Below are positions 21,053-30,358 of a stretch of DNA of 64,000 bases, one piece after another (the stretch's first letter is position 1; every line of letters begins with the position of its first letter). Location of the stretch: positions 576,001-640,000 of the forward strand of contig OZ253553.1 in NCBI GenBank assembly GCA_965262715.1. Reading direction: 5' to 3'. This DNA comes from Bdellovibrionales bacterium (GTDB lineage: Bacteria; Bdellovibrionota; Bdellovibrionia; Bdellovibrionales; JAUICD01). The notes beneath the pieces are model-generated. The model was not told the origin of the DNA and did not search any database. It saw nothing but the letters and a program-made list of their open reading frames with translations. Made by a program: the position numbers and the translations under genes.

Positions 21053-21757
21053 GTGAAATATTTTAAGAATTTAAATCTTTTAATTTTACTTTTATTTGTT
21101 ATGTCTGCTTCTGTGTCGTGCAGTCATGGAAATGGAAAAAGGGATAAGCACAAAAGTCATAAAAGCATGTGGAAAAAGATGGATGTCAATAAAGACCATC
21201 AAGTTTCACATGAAGAGTTTATGAAAGCTCACGAGAAAAAATTCAAAAAGATGGATGCCGATGGTGATGGCAAAGTATCAAAGGCAGAGAAAAAGGCATG
21301 GAAGAAAAAGAAACACAAGAAACACAAGAAACAACATACCGCATGTAAAGAGGGATGTACTTGTGAAAAATGTGAAAAGAAACGCCATAAGAAGCATATG
21401 TGGAAAAAGATGGATGCTGATAAAGATGGCCATGTTTCACGTGAGGAGTTCATAGGTGCTCATGAGCGTAAATTCAAAAAGATGGATGCTGATGGCGATG
21501 GTATGATCACTAAGGCGGAAAAAAAGGCATGGAAGAAAAAGAAGCATAAGAAGCACAAAAAGGAAAAATCTGAGTCTTCTGATGATACAGCAGCTGAAGC
21601 AAAAGATGAGTCCAAATCAGAGGATAATAAGGGAGAGAAAGAAGAAGCTGAAGCTGAAGCTGAAGAAGAAAAGGCTGAAAGTAAGACTGATGAGAGTGCT
21701 AGTGCTGACAAAGACAAAGAAGATTCAGACACCACTACAACTACTCAAAAATCATAA
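21053..21757 (+). CDS. Exported EF-hand protein with internal duplication
   Basis: Four EF-hand loops (DVNKDHQVSHEE, DADGDGKVSKAE, DADKDGHVSREE, DADGDGMITKAE); signal/lipobox SVSC. Confidence 0.85.
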   Translation: MKYFKNLNLLILLLFVMSASVSCSHGNGKRDKHKSHKSMWKKMDVNKDHQVSHEEFMKAHEKKFKKMDADGDGKVSKAEKKAWKKKKHKKHKKQHTACKEGCTCEKCEKKRHKKHMWKKMDADKDGHVSREEFIGAHERKFKKMDADGDGMITKAEKKAWKKKKHKKHKKEKSESSDDTAAEAKDESKSEDNKGEKEEAEAEAEEEKAESKTDESASADKDKEDSDTTTTTQKS

Positions 21758-21792
21758 AGTTTTGATTTATTTATGTGATCTAGAAAAATAAT

Positions 21793-21821
21793 TGCCCATT
21801 TTGTTACATACAAAGTGGGCA
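21793..21821 (+). terminator. Hairpin, probable terminator
   Basis: TGCCCATTTTGT-TACAT-ACAAAGTGGGCA, 35 bp after the stop. Confidence 0.55.
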
Positions 21822-21983
21822 TAGATCATAAAAATCTTTTTTTTAAGTAGACATAACTAGACAGTTGAATACTTGTTTATCTATTTCTCTCCTCTTCTCC
21901 ACTTATATCATTAGTATTTGACATGTCTTTTTCATTTAGATTGCTATCATTACTATATATGAATTCTTTATCCTAAGTGGTGA

Positions 21984-22068
21984 TATTGATGGTGTTAATC
22001 GCCTGAGCTAATTGTCCAAAAATTGTCAGAGACTCGTCTCAAGAGACCAGTTCATTTTTAGTGAAACG
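21984..22068. repeat. Partial family A element
   Basis: CCAAAAATTGTCAGAGACTCGTCTCAAGAGACCAGTTCATTTTTAGTGAAAC matches the right half of the 17172-17297 copy. Confidence 0.75.
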
Positions 22069-22899
22069 AATTAAGTGCAAAAATTTAAAGTTACTGATGA
22101 CAGATACAGCTTGACGGATGACCGGTTGCTCGAATGCCAGAAGAAGATAAAGACTTAGTAAGATATAACTTGGAATTTCAAGAGCTTATCATGAAATGGC
22201 AACAGCCCTTAGTTATTTTTCAAATAATTAAAGCAAAACATCATGAAGCTATGGACTATTTTATTAATTAGAGCTATTTCTTTGCTTATTTCAAATAAAC
22301 CAATTACTAATTTATACATTAGCTCTAAAAAATTATAAACTTTCAAAAAGAGAGGTATATATATGAGGTTATTTATCTTTTTATTCTTAACTGTCACAAG
22401 TTTAAGTATGGCAGAAGCACAAAATACAAGCTGCCCACGGCTTGCAGAAGGTTCGACAACACATAAAGTCTCAATGCAATGTTTTTTTTATGGACCTCAA
22501 ATATCGATGGAATATGGAAGCATTTACTTTAATATAGCAAGAGATGATCATGAGGTTCTTTTGCTTCTGCTGCGGGTTCAAAGAACTGAAAGAAATAGAT
22601 ATACACCAGATAAAATGAGAAATTTGATAGAATACTTAGTATTGAATATCCACAGGCAGTTATGGAAAGATTTTACCTTCTGGAGAAAAATATTACCTGA
22701 AGAAGCTGTAGCCAAGATGTTAGAGGTGCGCAAAGAATTCACCGATAGATTTACAGATATTGAGAGGGTTAATGATGAGGCATCCAATGATTTTGTTTTA
22801 TCTTTCTCTAGAGATTTCTCACAGTCCAAATTAGATGAGCTGCATGACTGGCTTGTTAATAATAAAATAGGAGACTTCAACGAACAACTTGATCCACTT

Positions 22900-24855
22900 C
22901 CCGACTTCGTCATATTGCGCATGCGTCATTCAATGATTACAATAGCTTATGTAGTTCAGGGGTCACTACACTTTTTGTTGATTTGATGGAATTTTACGAG
23001 AATATATTTAACTTATTGGAAACTCTTTTTCTCCTAAGAATCTTGCTTGAGTGAATTTGATATTAAGAGCTTCATAAATTTGTTTATGAAGACTTGTGAT
23101 GTTTGAAGGTAAAATGAATCTCTTGTTCGTCGTCTTATCTAATACAATACTATATTGTATAATCTTTAACTCATCCCTAAGTCTCTTGAAGCTAAGATCA
23201 ATGTTCTTCTGTTTTAATTGAAATTTAATAAAGGTCAGTACACTATATGCTATATAACAAATTAAAATATGAGCCCTAATTCTTCTCGGTGTCCAATGGT
23301 AGATAGGACGCATCTTAAGGTCATGCTTATTAACTCTAAAAGCATTCTCTATCTGCCATAAACCCTTGTATCTTTCTAAGACCTCTGATGGTTTTAAATC
23401 CTCTGGTTTATGATTAGTGATAACTCCGTGAATACCATCCCATTGAGCCTCTTCATCTATCTTCTCTTGATTTAAAGTTGCTTCTTGTTTATTCTTCCTA
23501 TCAATCTTAAGATACTTCTTAGTTCCTGTATTCTTTATAAGACTCGATAAAGATATCTTACCCTCATGCATCTGTCTTTTAAGCCTCTCAATAAGATTTA
23601 AACGATTCTTCTCATCTTGATAAGCTCTATCCTTACTATAACTTATAATTAATCTCTGATTCTCATATTCATAACTCTTACTAAAAAAAGACTTGTTAGG
23701 CATCTGCCTCCGACTCTCTTGTACATCTGTAACTATCTGGGACTTCATAGCTCTAGACATTGTCTTTAGCTTAGCAGCTACTATAAACTTAGTCCCCTTC
23801 TCATGTAGAGCTTGTAAGTTTTGCCTTGTAAACATCGCCCTATCTGCTACTATGGATACATCTAAAATACTATATGTCTTCTCAATCTTTTCTATAACTC
23901 TGATCAATGTCTTACCTTCATACGTATTACCCGGGAAAAGCTCATAACCTACAGGAAGACCTTCTACACTTGTCATAAGAGCTAGTACCACTTGAGTCTC
24001 TTTCACCTTATTGTCTTTGCTATAACCACATAACCGAAGTGTATCCGGATCAAAACTCTCAAAATATAATGTCGTCACATCAAAAAATAAAACATGTACT
24101 TCTTCCTCTAATAAACTCAATGTCCTACGAAACATCCTTGCTTTTATCTCATCCTCTCTCTTATACAGCTTATCCATCATCCGATACACTTTATTTAAAT
24201 CAAATTGCTGATAACGATGTCTTTCTATATCTTTAACACTTTTTCTCTTACTCGATGGATCACTTAAGCGAGCAAGAACAATCTCTTTTAAAAGCGTATT
24301 AAACTCTCCTGTCTTATAACCATCTCCTATAATCTTATGAAGCTCTAATTGCTCAAAAGACTTGCCAAATACATCTTCTATACCTTGATGAACACGAGCC
24401 TTCTCTTTTAAAGTTTCTAAACATACCAAGTTATCAGGAATATTCTGTCTCTTTTTTTGAGGTGTATGTACTGACTCCAAACCTTCAAAAGTAGGGTTAA
24501 TTTCATTCTTTATCTTTATAACCATCTCCTCACCTATCTTTTGAAATCTTGAAATCTCCTTAACTTTATCCTTATGAGTATGCCCTATACAGCAGACATT
24601 CTTTTGTTTCATCTTTCCATTGATCCGTTTATTCTCAACGATCCTTACGGAAACATGGTCATTTGGTCTTTTTACAAGGCGGACAAACATGCTCATAAAA
24701 ATAAAATCGCAATATTAAAAAGCTCTGTCAATAGCAAGGGACACTACAAGAAACAACAAAAATTAAAAAAAATGAAAATCCCGAATTGATAAGCTTCCTA
24801 AGAACTCAAAACGTACTTATCAATATCAAAAGTAAACGAAAATGACGAAGTCAGG
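22900..24855 (-). mobile_element. IS1634-family insertion sequence (1956 bp) with 38-bp target duplication
   Basis: TIRs CCCGACTTCGTCAT (22900) / ATGACGAAGTCAGG (to 24855); perfect direct repeat 22862-22899 = 24856-24893. Confidence 0.92.
23008..24696 (-). CDS. IS1634-family DDE transposase
   Basis: FDVTTLYFES, GYSKD, VADRAM, YKGLWQIENAFR, RPIYHW. Confidence 0.95.
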   Translation of the reverse strand: MSMFVRLVKRPNDHVSVRIVENKRINGKMKQKNVCCIGHTHKDKVKEISRFQKIGEEMVIKIKNEINPTFEGLESVHTPQKKRQNIPDNLVCLETLKEKARVHQGIEDVFGKSFEQLELHKIIGDGYKTGEFNTLLKEIVLARLSDPSSKRKSVKDIERHRYQQFDLNKVYRMMDKLYKREDEIKARMFRRTLSLLEEEVHVLFFDVTTLYFESFDPDTLRLCGYSKDNKVKETQVVLALMTSVEGLPVGYELFPGNTYEGKTLIRVIEKIEKTYSILDVSIVADRAMFTRQNLQALHEKGTKFIVAAKLKTMSRAMKSQIVTDVQESRRQMPNKSFFSKSYEYENQRLIISYSKDRAYQDEKNRLNLIERLKRQMHEGKISLSSLIKNTGTKKYLKIDRKNKQEATLNQEKIDEEAQWDGIHGVITNHKPEDLKPSEVLERYKGLWQIENAFRVNKHDLKMRPIYHWTPRRIRAHILICYIAYSVLTFIKFQLKQKNIDLSFKRLRDELKIIQYSIVLDKTTNKRFILPSNITSLHKQIYEALNIKFTQARFLGEKEFPIS

Positions 24856-25072
24856 ATAAAATAGGAGACTTCAACGAACAACTTGATCCACTTGCAAACA
24901 ATTGCCCTATAACAGGTGATTTGAGTCCGATTTTGGAATCTACACAAGAGTGTGCAGTATGGAATAGCATTAATCAAAATGCAGAGCCGAACTTTTAATA
25001 ACATCAGAATTGGGTTAAAAAAGAACTAGTTACAAGTCTTCTTTAAACCATATCTTACATTCCAAAGAAAAG

Positions 25073-25669
25073 TTAACTACTTACGGGGGAAATAACTGAT
25101 CTTTTTTCATCCCACTTATTTTTATAAGTGTTTTCTGAAGGTATTTGTTGATCTCTGTTGAAAAAAGTTTGTGGAACCATTTCCTGTTGTTGCATCATCA
25201 TTGGTGTTGAAACTTCAGGCAGCGCGCTGATTTGTTCATTAAGCAGTTGTAGATGGGCTTGAAGTAAGGCTCTTAAATTTGCCTCAATTTGGACTTTAGT
25301 CCTCTTTAACTCACCGATCTCATAATAAATACGTTTTAGAGACTCCTTTGCATCACGAATAATAAAATCGGCCTTTTGTTGAGCATCGTTAATAATGAGC
25401 TTACCTTCACGATCACATTCTTCCCTAATTTTTTGACTCATTTTTTGAGCGGTCTCTATAGTGTTTTTAAGAGCTTTATCTTGGTCTTTGTGCTTTAAAA
25501 TCTGGGTTTCTCTATCTCTTAGAGTTTCTTTGAGATTGTTATTTTCCCTAATAAGTCTCTCCATTTCATGTGTAACAAATTGCAAAAACTCTGAGACTTC
25601 TTCAGTGTTGTAACCAAGCATCTTTTTATTAAAGGTTTTATGTGCAATATCTTTTGGAATGATTTTCAT
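25073..25669 (-). CDS. divIVA: DivIVA-domain protein
   Basis: PKDIAHKTFNKKMLGYNTEEVSEFL followed by coiled coil. Confidence 0.88.
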   Translation of the reverse strand: MKIIPKDIAHKTFNKKMLGYNTEEVSEFLQFVTHEMERLIRENNNLKETLRDRETQILKHKDQDKALKNTIETAQKMSQKIREECDREGKLIINDAQQKADFIIRDAKESLKRIYYEIGELKRTKVQIEANLRALLQAHLQLLNEQISALPEVSTPMMMQQQEMVPQTFFNRDQQIPSENTYKNKWDEKRSVISPVSS

Positions 25670-25830
25670 ATCTGCCCCCTTATGATATTAAAGTAACCTT
25701 TAATATTATGATATAAAATGTCTATTTATGAAGCAACTACTATTAAATAAACAAAAACTTTTTTTAGATTTTAAAGCGTGTTAAGTTGTTTTTTGTAAAA
25801 TGAAGTATAAAAAATGCAAAGAGAGAAAAA

Positions 25831-26727
25831 GTGCCTATTATCAAAGAAAACATAAACTTATCTCCTTATTCTGCATGGCGTGTGGGAGGATATGCTGATT
25901 TCTTTGCTGAACCTCAAAGTATTGAGGATATTAAGTGGATAGAGACACAATCAAAAAATCAAAAATGGCCAATAACCATTATCGGAGGAGGTACAAATTG
26001 CCTGATTTCTGATGATGGTTTAAAAGGTCTAGTTATTTCCTTAAAAAAACTGGTAGGCATCACCTCTTTTGTAGAAGATGACTTCTTAAAAATTGAATGC
26101 CTTGCTGGGACACCTAAACTTCTCTTAATGAAGAAACTTTTAAAATATCAGTTAGCACCTGCTATTTTTTTATCAGGTATTCCTGGTTGTGTAGGAGGAG
26201 GAGTTGTAATGAATGCAGGTGTGAGTGAAAATATAATGCCTTACGAGTTTTCTCAAATTGTTGATTGGATTGATATCGTTTATGACTATCAGGTTGTTCG
26301 AAAAAAACATTCTGATATAAAATGGTCTTATCGAAGTTCAGGAGGTTGGCAGCCGGGAATTATAACTCGTGTTGGGTTTAAGTGGCCACTTCAGCCTATA
26401 GAACATCTATCTCAAAAAGTTAAACAGGCAAGAGATATGAGGTTATCAAAACAACCTTTAAAGGATGCCAGTTGTGGCTCCACATTTATTAATCCTAAAA
26501 AACACACAAAGCTTAGTGCTGGACAGCTTATTGAACAAAGTGGACTTAAAGGGTTTCAAATAGGCCAAGCTAAAGTTTCTGATAAACATGCTAATTTCAT
26601 TGTCAACTTAGGAAAAGCAACAGCGTGGGACATTCATTCGGTTATTTCTCATGTTCAAAAATCTGTTTACGACAAAACAGGGATTCTCCTCCAAACAGAG
26701 ATTAAGTATTTAGGAAACTGGGAGTAG
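25831..26727 (+). CDS. murB: UDP-N-acetylmuramate dehydrogenase
   Basis: GGGTN, GIPG, MNAG, SCGSTFINP, KHANFIVN. Confidence 0.95.
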   Translation: MPIIKENINLSPYSAWRVGGYADFFAEPQSIEDIKWIETQSKNQKWPITIIGGGTNCLISDDGLKGLVISLKKLVGITSFVEDDFLKIECLAGTPKLLLMKKLLKYQLAPAIFLSGIPGCVGGGVVMNAGVSENIMPYEFSQIVDWIDIVYDYQVVRKKHSDIKWSYRSSGGWQPGIITRVGFKWPLQPIEHLSQKVKQARDMRLSKQPLKDASCGSTFINPKKHTKLSAGQLIEQSGLKGFQIGQAKVSDKHANFIVNLGKATAWDIHSVISHVQKSVYDKTGILLQTEIKYLGNWE

Positions 26728-26739
26728 GGAGATACTTCT

Positions 26740-27365
26740 CTGTTTCCCTAAAAATGAACTGGTCTCTGACCATTTTTGGGCAATCAGCCTGACGGTTAGC
26801 ACCGTCAGTAAAATGCTGATTACCTCAAAAACTTGTTCATTTTTAGGAGGGAGACTCTCCTCGTTTTTTGACAAAATGTTAAGGAAAATTTCCTCTTATC
26901 GTCTCCTCCCTTTACAAATTACACCAAATCTTTTCATACCAACTTAAAATTTGATGTTTATGGCAAAAACAAGTTCTTTCACAGAGCGATAGCTCGAGGA
27001 CTACTCGGATTTGCCATAAATATCAAATCAAAGCCTTCAAAGATTTTTTCCTGTTTTTCTAAAAAAACAACACTTCCCTGGCCTCTCGAGGCGAGCCTCT
27101 CGAGGCGAGCCTCTCGAGACAAGTCTCTGGCCACTTTCTGGCGATGCCCCCGACGACTCCGTCGGTAAAATGGTCATCGCCTAGAAAGCTTGACTATTTT
27201 TAGGAGGGAGATACCCCTCGTCTCTTTACAAGATGTTAAGGAAATCGTTTACTTACTTTCTCTCCTTACAAATCACACTAAATCTTTATATCTAGATATC
27301 TAGATTAAAGTTTGCCATAAACATCAAACCAAAGCTATTAAGGGGTTTCTTATTTTTTCTAAAAA
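26740..27365. repeat. Cluster of family A elements, 14-bp modules and a duplicated flank
   Basis: 26740-26847 is an inverted family A copy (hairpin CTGACGGT-TAGC-ACCGTCAG); ~27132-27205 is a variant (CCGACG-ACTC-CGTCGG); TTTTAGGAGGGAGA...TGTTAAGGAAA and TTTGCCATAAA(T/C)ATCAAA each occur twice. Confidence 0.8.
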
Positions 27366-27483
27366 ATAATCTCTACATAACTGTGTCAAAAAGAGTCAAT
27401 AAAAAGAGTTGAGCAAAAGTTTTAACTCTAAAGTAACCGATATATTTGAGAGAAAAATAGATACTTAAAGGAATAAGTGGATA

Positions 27484-29598
27484 ATGAAATTAAAAGTTTC
27501 CCAGTTAGAAACACCTCTGCAAGAAATTTGTTTCTTATTAACAGTAATGATGGCTATTTTCACTGTTGTAGGAGGCATGATTTTTCTTCTAACTCCTGTT
27601 GAAGAACTTCATACATTTTTTGGTGTATTAGGAACGAATTTCCTTTTTCAAATCTTTCACATCTTAGGACTTTCAACTTTTTTGATCTCTGTCAGCATTC
27701 TTTATATAGGTGGAAATATGACAGCTAGATGCCATCAGCTTTCAGATATTCCTAGAAATTATCTCTTTTTTAGCTCACAAGTGCTCTTTCATAGTTGTTT
27801 TTTAATCCTAATTTCTAGTCTTTTTACAGTTTTGCAATTGCATTTTCAATACCTAACTCTCGATCGCTTGCAACAAGGAGCTGGAGGGATCATTGGTCAA
27901 ACTACAGGAGGTATTCTTTATGATAACTTTGGCCTTTATGGTGCTTTAACAGTATTAGTTTGTACTGCTCTCATTGTTGGTATTACTTCTGGACAAATAG
28001 CTCTTGTTAACATTCTATTATGGATTAAAGATCATATTCAGATATCCATTTCTTACGTTCTTTCTACCTTTAAAATGGGATTTAAATATGTCTTATTTCA
28101 TTTAAATAGTGTCACTAAAAAAATAGGATTAGACTTTTATCCTAAAGCATCTCTTGTTTCTCCTCTTAATGTTGTTCAAAATGAAGATTATCAAAAAGGA
28201 CATAATTCTTTAAAAAAACAATATCTTCAAGATATTATCTCTGATAGTGAGGATAGCATCGATGATGAAGGCGATATAAAAGAAGAAGAAGATAAATATG
28301 AAAAAAATCAACGGCAAGTTTCATCAAAAGAAGATCTATCTAAACGAAAAGCCACAAAGAAAGCTGAATCTCCACAAAAAGAAATCCGAGAAGATCAAGA
28401 TAGTCAAGGTCTTTCTATCACTGTGAAAAAATGGGTGAAATCCTATAAAAAACCTGACGTTAATTTACTGAGCTCTCCGCAAAAAATGCCTAAGAAAACA
28501 GATAATCAATCCAAAAATCTTGAAGAATGCCTTCAAAATTTTCAAGTTTCTGGTAAAGTTGTGAATTTTCATGTTGGAGCTACACTTACAATGTATGAGT
28601 TCCAGCCTAATTCTGGAGTTAAAGTCAGTAAAATCTCAAATCTTAGCGATGATTTAGCTCTCTTATTAGGTGCAAAGTCAATTCGTATACTCACACCTAT
28701 TCCTGGTAAAATGACTGTGGGTATTGAGGTACCTAATAAAAATCCTTATATGGTTTCTTTTAGGCAAATGGTTCAACCTATGCAAAAAAGTAGAAAACAG
28801 CTGCCATTAGCATTAGGATTGGATGTTTATAATCAAGCTATCATAGAAGATTTATGTGACATGCCCCATCTTTTAGTATCTGGAACAACTGGTTCTGGTA
28901 AAAGTGTATTTATCAATACAGCTATCAATAGCCTTTTATTTAATAAGTCTCCCAAATATCTTAGATTTCTTATGATCGATCCGAAGATGATTGAATTAAA
29001 TCCATATAATAGAATTCCTCATTTGCTTTATCCTGTTGTTACAGACCTTACAGAAGCAAAAGATGTACTGTGCTGGGCAGAAAAAGAAATGGATATGCGT
29101 TATCAGAAATTTTCTGACCTTCATTCTCGAAATATTGATTCTTTTAATGAAACTATTAAAAAAGATTCTAAAAAGACAGCGCAAAGACGTGCAGGAAGAG
29201 AATTTCAATGGGAATGGGCTGAACTGCCTTATATTGTTATTGTTATTGACGAGCTAGCAGACCTCATGATCACTCAAGGCAAATTAGTCGAATTGCCAAT
29301 CACTCGTATTGCTCAAAAAGCAAGAGCATGTGGTATTCACATGATCATGGCCACCCAAAGACCTTCTGCTGAAATTGTGACTGGATTGATAAAGACAAAC
29401 TTCCCTACACGTATCGCTTTTAAAGTTTCTTCATCCATAGATTCTCGAACAATCTTAGATTCAACAGGAGCTGAAAAACTTTCAGGAAATGGTGATATGC
29501 TTTTCATGAAACAAGGGCAGAATATTGAACGCTTGCAAGGTTGTTTCCTCTCGGAGGGAGAAGTTAAAAAAGTCAATGATTTTCTTAAATCATCATAA
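27484..29598 (+). CDS. ftsK: DNA translocase FtsK/SpoIIIE
   Basis: N-terminal TMs, GTTGSGKS, IDPK, IDELADLM, ATQRPS; ends without an obvious gamma domain. Confidence 0.9.
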   Translation: MKLKVSQLETPLQEICFLLTVMMAIFTVVGGMIFLLTPVEELHTFFGVLGTNFLFQIFHILGLSTFLISVSILYIGGNMTARCHQLSDIPRNYLFFSSQVLFHSCFLILISSLFTVLQLHFQYLTLDRLQQGAGGIIGQTTGGILYDNFGLYGALTVLVCTALIVGITSGQIALVNILLWIKDHIQISISYVLSTFKMGFKYVLFHLNSVTKKIGLDFYPKASLVSPLNVVQNEDYQKGHNSLKKQYLQDIISDSEDSIDDEGDIKEEEDKYEKNQRQVSSKEDLSKRKATKKAESPQKEIREDQDSQGLSITVKKWVKSYKKPDVNLLSSPQKMPKKTDNQSKNLEECLQNFQVSGKVVNFHVGATLTMYEFQPNSGVKVSKISNLSDDLALLLGAKSIRILTPIPGKMTVGIEVPNKNPYMVSFRQMVQPMQKSRKQLPLALGLDVYNQAIIEDLCDMPHLLVSGTTGSGKSVFINTAINSLLFNKSPKYLRFLMIDPKMIELNPYNRIPHLLYPVVTDLTEAKDVLCWAEKEMDMRYQKFSDLHSRNIDSFNETIKKDSKKTAQRRAGREFQWEWAELPYIVIVIDELADLMITQGKLVELPITRIAQKARACGIHMIMATQRPSAEIVTGLIKTNFPTRIAFKVSSSIDSRTILDSTGAEKLSGNGDMLFMKQGQNIERLQGCFLSEGEVKKVNDFLKSS

Positions 29599-29643
29599 TA
29601 TAATTATATAATTTCATATCTTATAAAATAGAGTAGGCAAAAA

Positions 29644-30243
29644 ATGCAGAGTAAATGGGTAAATGAAAGTTTCACTTATGACGGATATCAACTGAGATCC
29701 TCATTTGGGTATTCACAATATGGTATATTAGGTGACTCTTTAATAAGCTGGAGAGGATCTTGCGACGTACAAAGAGATCATATTGTGGATATAGAAGACT
29801 TGTTGAACAAATCAGAGATTCATAGCCAAGAGATGGTTCATTTTATTATTGAAATGTTTAATCAGCCATTATCTACTGCTGTTGCTTACCAACGCCTGTT
29901 TGTCACATTAACTAAAGATGTGATTTGTCAGTTCTTATCTGAAATACCTCATAACAACATTCCATCTCATCTAACAAAGTTCTATGATAAGCTCAAAAGA
30001 AAAGGAGATGATCTCTATTTTGAGGATAAAAAAATAAATGTGAGTGTTGCAACAACAAGTCCTATCTCTAGTTTAATACATGTTGGAGTGAATGTTATTT
30101 CTAAGGGAACACCTGTACCTACAATGGGGTTAAATGATTTCAATATAGATCCTTATGAGTTTTCAAAAAAGATCATGGACTGTTTTGTGGAAGAGTACAA
30201 CTCTATGAAAAAGGCTATGTGTAAAGTCAAATGGGTCCGCTGA
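29644..30243 (+). CDS. DUF366 family protein (lipoate/biotin ligase-like)
   Basis: YDGYQL, MVHFIIE, YQRL, GDDLY, KINVSVAT, HVGVNV. Confidence 0.75.
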   Translation: MQSKWVNESFTYDGYQLRSSFGYSQYGILGDSLISWRGSCDVQRDHIVDIEDLLNKSEIHSQEMVHFIIEMFNQPLSTAVAYQRLFVTLTKDVICQFLSEIPHNNIPSHLTKFYDKLKRKGDDLYFEDKKINVSVATTSPISSLIHVGVNVISKGTPVPTMGLNDFNIDPYEFSKKIMDCFVEEYNSMKKAMCKVKWVR

Positions 30244-30358
30244 TTTTTTATTTTTCAAAAACAGACTTGAAGAAAGCTGAAACCTAGATATGCTCCGAAG
30301 ATTATGTCAATATAATGGAGTTTAGACTTTAGAGCCTAGAGTGAATTTGTTGATAAGC

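Larger units (their letters stand above)
22363..24998 (+). pseudogene. Secreted hypothetical protein interrupted by IS1634
   Basis: Joining 22363-22899 to 24894-24998 restores a 213-aa ORF ending DPLANNCPITGDLSPILESTQECAVWNSINQNAEPNF*; the current 207-aa ORF reads into the IS end. Confidence 0.85.

Noticed and set aside
24574..25004. ORFs 24574-24789 and 24798-25004
   Set aside because: They overlap the IS end and the displaced gene tail on the opposite strand; no motifs.
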